From assembly GCF_031769215.1 (NCBI RefSeq), contig NW_026781915.1, forward strand, positions 1,736,001 to 1,800,000: a stretch of DNA of 64,000 nt. Direction: 5' to 3'. Below the pieces are notes generated by a model. It was not told the origin of the DNA. It did not search any database and worked only from the letters and a program-made list of their open reading frames with translations. The translations under genes and the position numbers were made by a program. Of the stretch, positions 15,001-27,000 are shown piece after piece. Position 1 is the stretch's first letter. Each line of letters starts with the position of its first letter. The stretch is from Ylistrum balloti. Its lineage: Eukaryota.

Positions 15001-18000
15001 AGTTATACCTCCTCTAGGTATGTACAGGTTACAGAGAAGTTATACCTCCTCTAGGTATGTACAGGTTACAGAGAAGTTATACCTCTCTAGGTATGTACAG
15101 GTTACAGAGAAGTTAACCCTCCTCTAGGTATGTGTTGGTTACAGAGAAGTTATACCTCCTCTAGGTATGTACAGATTACAGAGAAGTTATACCTCTCTAG
15201 GTATGTATAGGTTACAGAGAAGTTATACCTCCTCTAGGTATGTGTTGGTTACAGAGAAGTTATACCTCCTCTAGGTATGTACAGGTTACAGAGAAGAAGT
15301 TACAGAGAAGTTATACCTCCTCTAGGTATGTGTTGGTTACAGAGAAGTTATACCTCCTCTAGGTATGTACAGGTTACAGAGAAGTTATACCTCTCTAGGT
15401 ATGTACAGGTTACAGAGAAGTTATACCTCTCTAGGTATGTACAGGTTACAGAGAAGTTATACCTCTCTAGGTATGTACAGGTTACAGAGAAGTTATACCT
15501 CCCTCCTCTAGGTAGTGTACTAGGTAGGTTACAGAGAAGTTATACCTCCTCTAGGTATGAGTAGGATAAAGAGAATTTAAACCACAACGAGGTATGTAAA
15601 GATTACAGAGAAGTTATACCTCTAAAGGTATGTTTAGGTTACAGAGAAGTTATACCTCCTCTAGGTATGTACAGGTTACAGAGAAGTTATACCTCCTCTA
15701 GGTATGTATAGGTTACAGAGAAGTTATACCTCCTCTAGGTATGTACAGGTTACAGAGAAGTTATACCTCCTCTAGGTATGTACAGGTTACAGAGAAGTTA
15801 TACCTCCTCTAGGTATGTACAGGTTACAGAGAAGTTATACCTCTCTAGGTATGTACAGGTTACAGAGAAGTTATACCTCTCTAGGTATGTACAGGTTACA
15901 GAGAAGTTAACCCTCCTCTTGGTATGTACAGGTTACAGAGAAGTTATACCTCTCTAGGTATGTATAGGTTACAGAGAAGTTATACCTCTCTAGGTATGTA
16001 TAGGTTACAGAGAAGTTATACCTCCTCTAGGTATGTATAGGTTACAGAGAAGTTATACCTCCTCTAGGTATGTACAGGTTACAGAGAAGTTATACCTCTC
16101 TAGGTATGTATAGGTTACAGAGAAGTTATACCTCTCTAGGTATGTATAGGTTACAGAGAAGTTATACCTCTCTAGGTATGTACAGGTTACAGAGAAGTTA
16201 TACCTCTCTAGGTATGTACAGGTTACAGAGAAGTTATACCTCTCTAGGTATGTATAGGTTACAGAGAAGTTATACCTCTCTAGGTATGTACGTATAGGTT
16301 ACAGAGAAGTTATACCTCCTCTAGGTATGTATAGGTTACAGAGAAGTTATACCTCCTCTAGGTATGTATAGGTTACAGAGAAGTTATACCTCCTCTAGGT
16401 ATGTGTTGGTTACAGAGAAGTTATACCTCCTCTAGGTATGTACAGGTTACAGAGAAGTTATACCTCTCTAGGTATGTACAGAGGTTACAGAGAAGTTATA
16501 CAGGTTACTCCTCTAGGTATGTATAGGTTACAGAGAAGTTATACCTCCTCTAGGTATGTACAGGTTACAGAGAAGTTATACCTCCTCTAGGTATGTATAG
16601 GTTACAGAGAAGTTATACCTCCTCTAGGTATGTATAGGTTACAGAGAAGTTATACCTCCTCTAGGTATGTATAGGTTACAGAGAAGTTATACCTCCTCTA
16701 GGTATGTATAGGTTACAGAGAAGTTATACCTCCTCTAGGTATGTATAGGTTACAGAGAAGTTATACCTCCTCTAGGTATGTACAGGTTACAGAGAAGTTA
16801 TACCTCTCTAGGTATGTACAGGTTACAGAGAAGTTATACCTCCTCTAGGTATGTACAGGTTACAGAGAAGTTATACCTCCTCTAGGTATGTATAGGTTAC
16901 AGAGAAGTTATACCTCCTCTAGGTATGTACAGGTTACAGAGAAGTTATACCTCCTCTAGGTATGTACAGGTTACAGAGAAGTTATACCTCCTCTAGGTAT
17001 GTACAGGTTACAGAGAAGTTATACCTCCTCTAGGTATGTATGTACAGGTTACAGAGAAGTTATACCTCTCTAGGTATGTCAGGTTACAGAGAAGTTATAC
17101 CTCCTCTAGGTATGTATAGGTTACAGAGAAGTTATACCTCTCTAGGTATGTACAGGTTACAGAGAAGTTATACCTCTCTAGGTATGTATAGGTTACAGAG
17201 AAGTTATACCTCTCTAGGTATGTATAGGTTACAGAGAAGTTATACCTCCTCTAGGTATGTTAAGGTTACAGAGAAGTTATACCTCTGCTAAGCATATTAA
17301 GTGTACAGTCACACTTTACCAGGGTAAACTTACCTGTTACTCTGATATATTTATGCTATCAAGGTTAGCTTGTGAAGGAAAACTTGTTCAGCAAATTGTT
17401 CTACATGTACTGAAAAGATAAATCTCCTTTTGATGCATGGTAAACCTAACTTAGCTGAATTTTTCCCTTTGGACATGTAGTATAACGGCTCCTGACATGA
17501 AGAATGATTTATTTTTGTAAAATCTGACCTGAAGAAGTTCATTTGAATGGGTATCGTGTAAATTTTCTGATATAGAACTGTTCATAATCATGTGATATCA
17601 TTTGTATACCAATGAATAACAATTCTGGTATTTCATCAGAGCTTTCACAATTTGGTCGCTGTTTTCTTTATTGTTGGTGATATGTATATCAGTGATAAAT
17701 CTGTAGACAACTTATAAAAAGCTTGTGTTTAATGATTAATAGAATATTCATGAGCTACTCCTTATAACTTTGGGTAGAAATCAATGTCCTCTTCTTTAAT
17801 GGAATTTTTATGAAAGAACATGATGATATCCATAGCATAATAAGCTGTGCTTTGATGTGTTGAATCAAGTTGTGTAACCAAACAGGTAGTGTCAGAGTCT
17901 TTTACCGTAGTCATTCTGACAAACTCCTCTATATTAGTGAGACTAATGTTTTCACCTTAACTAATCTGACATGGACATTTAATGTGTATCGTTTGTGTCT

Positions 18001-21000
18001 GTTCCATGTTTATCTCCATAATTATCAGGCCAATGTCTTAATAAAATTTATTGATCTAAAAACATCAACAAGCTAAACGATGTGACATGTTGGTGATTGA
18101 CATATATTATTCCACTTAATTGCTTGATATTGCATTTAGCTTAAATTACATTGTGTAAAATGCACATTTCCTCAGGAATACTACACCATGAGGTGATATG
18201 TAGGTCACTGTGACCTATATTTTATGTTTAACTGACTTGGGTTATATATTTCATCAGATACAGCTTTACATGCTATCTGGGCCTGACAGTCCTCAGAAAT
18301 ATAACGTATTGATATTGAGAATTGAGAGAAAAGAGTGCATGTAAAACTGCCACACCAAAAAAAATGTGTAACGTCTTAAGTAGTTTCACATGTTGTCAAC
18401 AGCAGAACTTGTTCAGAGGCATAAGATACATAGAGTCAATAGTGATAATCAAGGACACCTGTTGTCTATCGTAGAACATGTCCTTAAATATTTAAGACTC
18501 ATGCCTCTTTTTAGTAGTTCTTGTTCTAAGAGATTAATAAAATCCTGTCAGTCGTAAAACTTTTGATAATATATATATAGACGTCAGTTTACAACAGTAG
18601 AGACTGTCCTAAGAGATTACACCCTTGTTGCCAACAGTAGAATCTGTCCTAAAAGATAAGACACATGTGTTGTCTTAGTAAAACCTGTCCTTAAGATAAG
18701 ACACATGTCTACAGTAGAACCTGTCCTAAGAGATAACACACAAAGGACAGCATGTTTTTAAAAACAGTTTTCTTTCAGATTAGAAAAAAAACATGTTTTA
18801 GACTGATATGTAGTGACAACTTTAAGTGATAATTTATTATAAAGATCTTGAGTTGTTTTAACTAATTAACCACTGGGTGCTATGTTATCAGTATTTTGTT
18901 CAGGATAAGGGGGTTTAGATTGTCAATTTTGGTATGAATATGCTCCATCCCATAATGCTTCATTGATTACATACAGGTATATTCAAACAGAATTTAAAAC
19001 CAGCACTTAAGTGAAGAGAAAATGAGATGGATTATGTTATGGTTGTTAAGCATGGTTGAAGCTTCCTTAGTGATGATCTATAAAACTACTCTTTCGAATG
19101 ATTGATTTACATGTTCTCATGACACTGGGTGTGTACACATTAGTGTGAACTTATCTGTCTACAAAAATGTTTTCAAATCTAATCTAAGTCTAAACATTTC
19201 ATAGCTTTGATAATTATATCCCTGACTTAATAAAAGGTTATAAAGAATTTTTTTCGTTAGGTCTGTTTGACTGTTTATACTGATGTGTCTATCCAAACTC
19301 TTAATCACTTGAGGCCATAAAGTCAAAAGGTGGTGTTAAACAAGTATAATTCTCCATGAGGAGTTGATGAATCTGTACATTTTACCACAAGGAGATGATG
19401 AATCTGTACATTTCATCACAAGGAGATGATGAATCTGTACATTTTACCACAAGGAGATGATGAATCTGTACATTTTACCACAAGGAGATGATGAATCTGT
19501 ACATTTTACCACAAGGAGATGATGAATCTGTGCATTTCACCACAAGGAGATGATGAATCTGTACATTTTACCACAAGGAGATGATAACATTTTACCACAA
19601 GGAGATGATGAATCTGTACATTTTACCACAAGGAGATGATGAATCTGTACATTTTAACACAAGGAGATGATGAATCTGTACATTTTACCACTAGATAGTG
19701 TTGAATCTCAATATTTTACTACCAGTTGGTGTTGAAGTTCAACATTTTACCACTAGGTGGTGTTGTAGTTCAGTTTTACCACTAGGTGGTGTTGAAGTTC
19801 AACATTTTACCACTAGGTGGTGTTAATATAGTAGCCTTTACTAAAAGAAGAACAAGAAAATGTTATTTTTTTTCAGATTTAATTGAAGTGTGTGAACAAT
19901 AAATAAAAGTGACCTGATTTTTCACACTATATTTAAATATCACAGATTTGTACACATATGTTTCAACTAAAATTTGCTTCAAAAACATAGGAAAAAGATC
20001 AGTATTTAGGACAAAGGCATCTAGGTCTGATTTATGTTATTAGGAAATAGGTGTGTATACTCTAGTGATTGTTTTATGATGAATGATTAACGGCTAATTT
20101 CCCCTCTACTAGCTAGGCACTAGCTAGTGATTATGCAAAGTAGTATCTATTGACTAAAGAGCGATTGGCTGATGATTAATTAGTGATGAGCTTTAACTAA
20201 CTACTCAGTGATTAGCTGAGGGATTGCTGCAAACTTTTGATATTGATTATAAGGTATAATGAGTTTTGTTAAATTTTTGCGATTTTAACGTTAATTCTCA
20301 AGGAAACTAACTTTTTTCATTGTCATTCACAGATTTCTGGAAAAATGTACAATAGAATTGCTACCAATCTATCTACAAACATGTTAGAAGGTTTTTTTGC
20401 AGTTAATTACTAGGAATCTAACACAATTCAGTCAGCATACATTTTTGCTACTAGAGTTTTTACTTCTCCTGATTTGTCATAATCGGTAGCCACTTTATTG
20501 TCCTCATCTACCGTTGCTATGTTGATACCACCTTGTATAAGGCACATTGCTGCATTTCTGTGACCATGGATGATGGCTGTGTGAAGAGCCGTCCTCTGCT
20601 TGTTGTCATAACTATTAATATTAACACCACACCGAAGCAGCAGACGCATACAGTCTGTGTTTCCTGTTCGTGCCGAATAATGGAGGGGTGTTGACCCCTG
20701 GAGATCACGAAGGTTAATGTTAGCACCATATTGAAGTAGTAGGCTTGTCACACTAATATTTCCTGAGTCTATAGCATTGTGTAAGGGTGTCTTGTTCCCT
20801 ATAGTCAGCATGTTAACGTTAGCAGCATGCTTCAGTAGGAGAGATGTTATATCAGATGAACCGTTTGTTGTAGCGAGGTGTAAGGCAGATTTACGAAATG
20901 TTGTTGTAAGGTTTACATCTGCACCATTGTCTATTAGTATCCTAGTTATCGGGAAATGACTAATTGCACAGGCCATGTGGAGGGGTGTTCGTCCCATTAA

Positions 21001-24000
21001 CTTTTCCTTAGTGTTGACATTGGCTTGGCTCCTACGCAGAATCAGTTTAACTACATCCAGGTAGCCCTCTGACACTGACAAATGTAGTGGTGTAGTCCCT
21101 GTGCGATCCTTACTACTCACATCCGCATTCTTTGAAATAAGTAATTTGGTGAGATCTGGGTGTTTATATCCAATGGTCATATGGAGAGCATTTCTGCCGG
21201 AATTGTCACTTGAATTTACATCTGCACCCCTTTCAATTAGAAAAGATGTCATCTTCAAATTGTTCTTCAGTAAAGACATATGGAATGAGGATCGTCCAGT
21301 CTTATCGCCAGCATTAATGGCTGCTCCTCGTTCTACCACCATTTCTACAGCCTTGAATCGGTCACCCATGATAAGTTTATGTAGCAAAGTGTTGCCACTT
21401 TTATGGCACACAGTCTCGTTGACATCAGCTCCGTGGTCTATGAGTATCTTGGATGTGGCTAGATTGTTGTAGAGGATAGATTTGAGTAGTGGTGTCTCAC
21501 CATCATTGTCTCGACTGTTGATATCCACTCCTAGCTCCAACATGATACGTAGAATCTGTGGTCGAACACGTTGGGCCACACAGTGGAGAGCTGTGGTACC
21601 TTCAGACGTGATGGTTGTAAATATTTCTGGGCAGAATTGGTCATACTTATTCATTATATTAACTATCTCATCTTCATCACCAAGAACTATGGCCTTGACC
21701 AAGGCCTCAGAACCGGCCTCTAGCTCTGCGTAGTTCTTCATTAGGTAGGTCATAATCCACAAAACTTTTAAACTTTAGAAATTCATTCACAAACTTTTGC
21801 TACTCATTTTGTGAAAAGATACAAATTATTTAAGTCAGAACATTATAAAAAGAACATTATAATGGCATTCGTAGAGTCATGAATCCTATACACTTGTATG
21901 AAATTCATTAAATATATTCAATACTGTTCATTAGATACCACACTTGTGTAATCACTGGATGGTACTTTTCTGTTATCCTCTTTAGAAACACGTCCCTTTC
22001 TACATTCATTAAGAAGACAGGTCTCAGTATGTACCAATGTAACCAGTCTGTTGTGAATCTCGAATAGAGACTATGGTTGGTAAGGGCTGTAGACTCTCAA
22101 TCCAAATGTTTATAGCTGGCACTGAAGCAGCTTGTTTTATGGATAAGTCGTTATGGTTTTCTGGAGAGGTACTTGTAGGTATCTACCTGCCTGTCTTAGA
22201 TCTTCCTAGTAAACCAGCGATTAGGACACTTCATACAGGGCTGTATATCATCGCAAACTTTGGTCTACTCTTAAATCCTCAACAATTTTTGCTTGTTATC
22301 CTCGACTGACCAGTAAATCCAGTATTATAGAAAACACTTCAACAATAGTCATCCGCAGTCTTATATATACCTTATCCTGTTTTTGCTGGGATTATGATTC
22401 TTACGTATTCACATCTTGCCACTTTTGAAAAACACATACAAGAATATATCTGAATAATTTTCACAGCAATTTAAAAGTTGAGCAGTACAGTGACGTACAA
22501 CTTGTCCCACACTTACATGACCACAAAATTAAACAGGAATATGTCAAAATGTAATTCTCTGATTATACATTGCACCAGTCCACTAAGTAGAATGATAAGG
22601 AGCCATGATGTGTATTGTTGGTTGAGTGTGTTGGTATGTAACTGACGTCTGAGGAGGGAGACAGTTGCTATTTTCCCACCTAAGTACAACAAGGGATTAG
22701 GTGTGTTTGTCAACAGTCAATAACCTGTCACTTTCCTTGCAAATCAATTTCCAAGTGTAATAACTTTCTCCTCAAGTGCTTTTACCTGTGGGTGATTGTA
22801 CTCGTTCTAGTCGGGTAATCCACACAGCCCTAACTTTACCTATATCCACCTGTACAACTCCCAACGGCCTGGTCATCTGCAGTAACAGTTGGAATTCAAC
22901 ATGGACACAAACCTCCCTTTGTCCCGTCTCATTGGAATAACTATCCAGGTCCAATCGTGTAATTTTTTACAGCCGTTTAGATCATATCTCTGCACGTTAT
23001 GATAGGCAGCGCTATGCGTTATACCTAATAGTGTTTGACTTCTCATATCACCTATCAATTTAACATTAAATTTCCTACGGGGGAACAAGGTGGTCGCTGT
23101 TGACTCCTGTCTCCTTTTACCTGTGGTTAGGAATAATTATTGGCTAAGTTTGATTTTGTCTTAATACATGTGGGTGTGTCCTTTGAAGCAAGAAATCCTT
23201 TTTCTGCTGGACAATTTCCAATAGATTTAATTGAAAGAGTAAGTGTCTGTTGTAAATGCCATTGATGGACAAGCAGTTTGTAATGGTAAAGCAAACTTAA
23301 AGAGTCTATAAGACTGACTGTATCACAAGCTTGTCTGCATGGTCGACTTTTACCTTATCCTCAAATTTTGAAAAGTAAACTTGTCTTGCACACTTGATGT
23401 CTCATGTCGCTTGTTAAGTGTACACAGAGTTTTAGTGGTATGTAAAACAAACATGACTGTTGTTTACATAAGCCTGGCTGTGTTAGGATAAGTGATGGCC
23501 CTATGGGCCTGGTGCCACTCCACTGCACCAGTCAGTCCAGTGGACTTCTTACCTCTACAATCTTAATCTAATTTTCCAATGTAGTTAATACCTGGTGGTC
23601 CAGCTGCACTGGCATCAGTTTAAGGTCACCCTCTGGTCAAGCAGGACCTTCACTGACCCCTTCTCAAGTTGTGGTAATCGTAGTGGTAATCGTGTTTGAC
23701 ATCTTGTTGATTATTGTGATATTGATCAATATAACCAGGATTTGTTATACACAAGCTTAGTCAGCTGATGGCTTTACAAACAGAAATGTTTATTGTTAAC
23801 CTCATCTTTCATTTTGTCTGTACTTTGTCTCCAGATTCAGCATTAGACTTTAGATATTCCTGGATGCCTGGTGCCGACTTGCAGATTATTTTTCATATTC
23901 ACAAATTTCATTTGATAAAAGACTGAAGCTAAGGGTTTTATAGTTAAAAACTAATTGATGAATTTCAGATAAACTGTTGACCATAGGGAATGAGGGAAAG

Positions 24001-27000
24001 GCAATTTAAATAGCCAGGCTGTTAGCATAAAGATATGTATTGGTATAAGCCATTAACAGTTATTGACAGCGGTACGCGGGGCACATGGTGTCAGTGTTAG
24101 TGTATTGCTCTTTGTATGGCAGTTTAAAGAAATCCTGTTATTGCCATCAGTCTATAAGCATTGCTCATATAAACTGAGAATTTGAAATGGCATGAGTTGT
24201 CAAATATGAATGATTTGTATGAATAATGAATCAAAATTGAAATATACATTAATATTCAGTTGTAGTGTTAAAGTGTTGGCCTCTCTTGTGACTTATCAAA
24301 CAGTCACACAATACAGGGTGTAGACATCACAGATCTCAGGTGAAAACTGGGTGTGAGAGAAACGTATCACCACGTAAAATAAGCTCTACTAGCCAGGAAA
24401 AAAATCATGTCTTATTGTCTTTGAAAGAAAAGATTTTAGATAAGAATTCTTGACTCGAAGAATAAATTGGAAATATTCCAATAATGGAAGTGTTATGACT
24501 GTTGTATTCATGTTTACTCATGTATAGGATATTTGATTTTATACACGCTGGCAATGTATTAGATTTTTTGTTGTCTCTTTCACTGGTTTTTCATTCCAGA
24601 CCAGTTAAAAAATGCTTGTATTTTTTCTCAGCTTCATTTATCAAAATAATAAGTACACTGGTATATATGGATTTTGGGAATTTCTTGTTTCTGTATTAGA
24701 ACATCATCATTCCCAGTTACCAGCCATCTAAGCATAGTTTCCAGACTCTATTATTGTGTGAATTTTACTGTATATATCATCATCATCATTTCATTATACA
24801 TCATTAACATGACATACCATATTTTTACATCAACAAATTTTCTTGATGTCCCAAAACTTGGTAGTTATTTATTCTGGACGTTGACAGATTCTAGATTCTG
24901 AGGTTATATATTTTATGATGTGATTTGTCGGAGTGGTTATCAGAATATTTCAGCTTGTATTTGTATCAACATACAAAATAACAAAGTTATTTGTTTTACA
25001 GAAACGCCCTGTTGGCCACACTCACCCGGTACAAGGTACAGGGTAAGTTTTTATCTTGTCCTCTCTCCACTGGAACTGATTCATTTCATCTAAAAGTTGG
25101 GCTTCAGTATTCAAATTAGAGACAGGAATTGATAATTTTCTTCACTGCTGTATAATATCAATATTATATACTGTAATTTGACAAAAGACAAAGTAAGATA
25201 TGTGATCAGAATATGTACCATGTGACAAGAAAATGTATCATGTGATCAGAGAATGTATCATGTGATCAAAGTATGTAATCTGTAATTAGAGTACATAAAT
25301 TGTAATCAAGAGTATTTAACCTGTAATCAGAGTATGTAAATTGTTATCACTATATGTAACCTTGATCAGAGTATGTTATCTGTAATCAGAGTATGTAACC
25401 TTGATCACAGTATGTTATCTGTAATCAGAGTATGTAACCTTGATCAGAGTATGTTATCTGTAATCAGAGTATGTAACCTTGATCAGAGTATGTTATTTGT
25501 AATCAGAGTACATAATTTGTAATCAGAGTGTTTATCCTATTTCATTAAGATTATCCATTAACAGTATTACTTGTGCTTTTTCTTTATATATATATGAGAG
25601 AATTTAGTCTTGATGGTATCTTATTTCCTGATCATAGTGAGAACAAGGAGAATCACATGACCAATGGTCACCATAATGGCCACCACCATGTCCAAAGCGA
25701 ACGCCCACATACTAGTGCTGGTCACCACATAGAGCTCCAGTTGTCCATTCCAGGAGACACCTCCCTGGACACCACACATTCCAGTGACGCATCCCAAGCC
25801 ACTCCTAAAGGGTACCGATCCTCTGCACGCCATCACCCCTCTCCAAGGTTCGGACCGTTTGCTGGGTAAGGCAATTTATTTCATATCATATAAGTAGCTA
25901 TTAAAGAATCACTCACTTTAGAAAGATGGGAGGATTTTGACTGGTATGTGAGAAGTTTAGTACCATCAAGTTATGGGCTGTTCAAATCACACCATTTGAT
26001 ATTTCATAAAGTTGATTCAATCTCTATGATGATTTGTTGTTGACTGATTAAAACTTCAACATGGTAACCACAGTAACCATTTTGTCACATGATTGTTAAA
26101 CTATTTTTCATGAACAAAACCTACCATCTTTGAATTTTTTATACTTTCAATGAATATTCAGAATTTAAATTCATCAGATTTGTTAGAAAAATTGTGAAGT
26201 TTGTCTACCCATTCGTCGATTGTCAGATGACTTTTATGGGCCATGGCCCTCTTGTTTTGAATCATGTTTTAGTATATTGTCAGTTTTTGGCAATTTAACG
26301 GGTTGATGAATTCACACTTCCATAATAATTGTTATATAAACAGCATATCAAAACCACACAAAGCACAATAATTTTTAGTGTAATATTTTGAGCATGTGAA
26401 GTGCTGAAATAAAATTATGTCAAAATAGTGTTTAGGATTACGAGGGTAGATGATCAACATACAGAGAAAATAGGTTCCTTTATAACTCCATTTTAAAAGG
26501 GAAAAGTGTTTTTCATAATAGAGAACACTTCCCATCTCAATTACAACAGGATTTTAAATAAAATCTCTTAATATATATATATATAACAATTGTTGTTGCC
26601 TTTATGGCACACTTTTATAGATTTATGTGGAAATAAAAAATCATTTCCTACAGATACCCAATACAATAATAACAAAATTCCTGTTTGCAAATTTCAGGAA
26701 GAAAGTGGCAACTGCGAGGGCGAGGCCATTTAGTGCTGTGGATGCTTATAGGTACATTGTGGCTCACCCCATCAGACCATCACTCGCTGAAAACGCTTAC
26801 AACACGTCATACCAACAACAGCGCACAGAGGCCTGGAAACAGTCAGTACAGGCACGTGCACAGCAAAACAAAGGTAAGAAAAATAGGGATTAAGAGAATG
26901 TCTAATAATCGGGCAAAGTTTGGATGTCTCATAATCAGGGATTGTTGAGATGTTTCATAGGCAGGGATTGGGGGGATGTTTCATAGGCAGGGATTGGAGG

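Noticed and set aside
2836-17291. Short repeat-derived ORFs (2836-3444, 9284-9695, 11898-12583, 13838-17291), and similar ones at 27243-27749, 29224-29842 and 38296-38634
   Set aside because: All are translations of intronic or flanking tandem repeats whose unit length is a multiple of 3 or locally stop-free.
20428-21753. Very recent horizontal transfer of the ankyrin gene from a bacterium or virus
   Set aside because: No flanking prokaryotic or viral genes or TIR/LTR are seen, and CpG is already partly depleted. Origin cannot be decided without a phylogeny.
21754-21762. TTG start (MWI) for the ankyrin ORF
   Set aside because: Eukaryotic context; an in-frame ATG lies three codons downstream at 21753.
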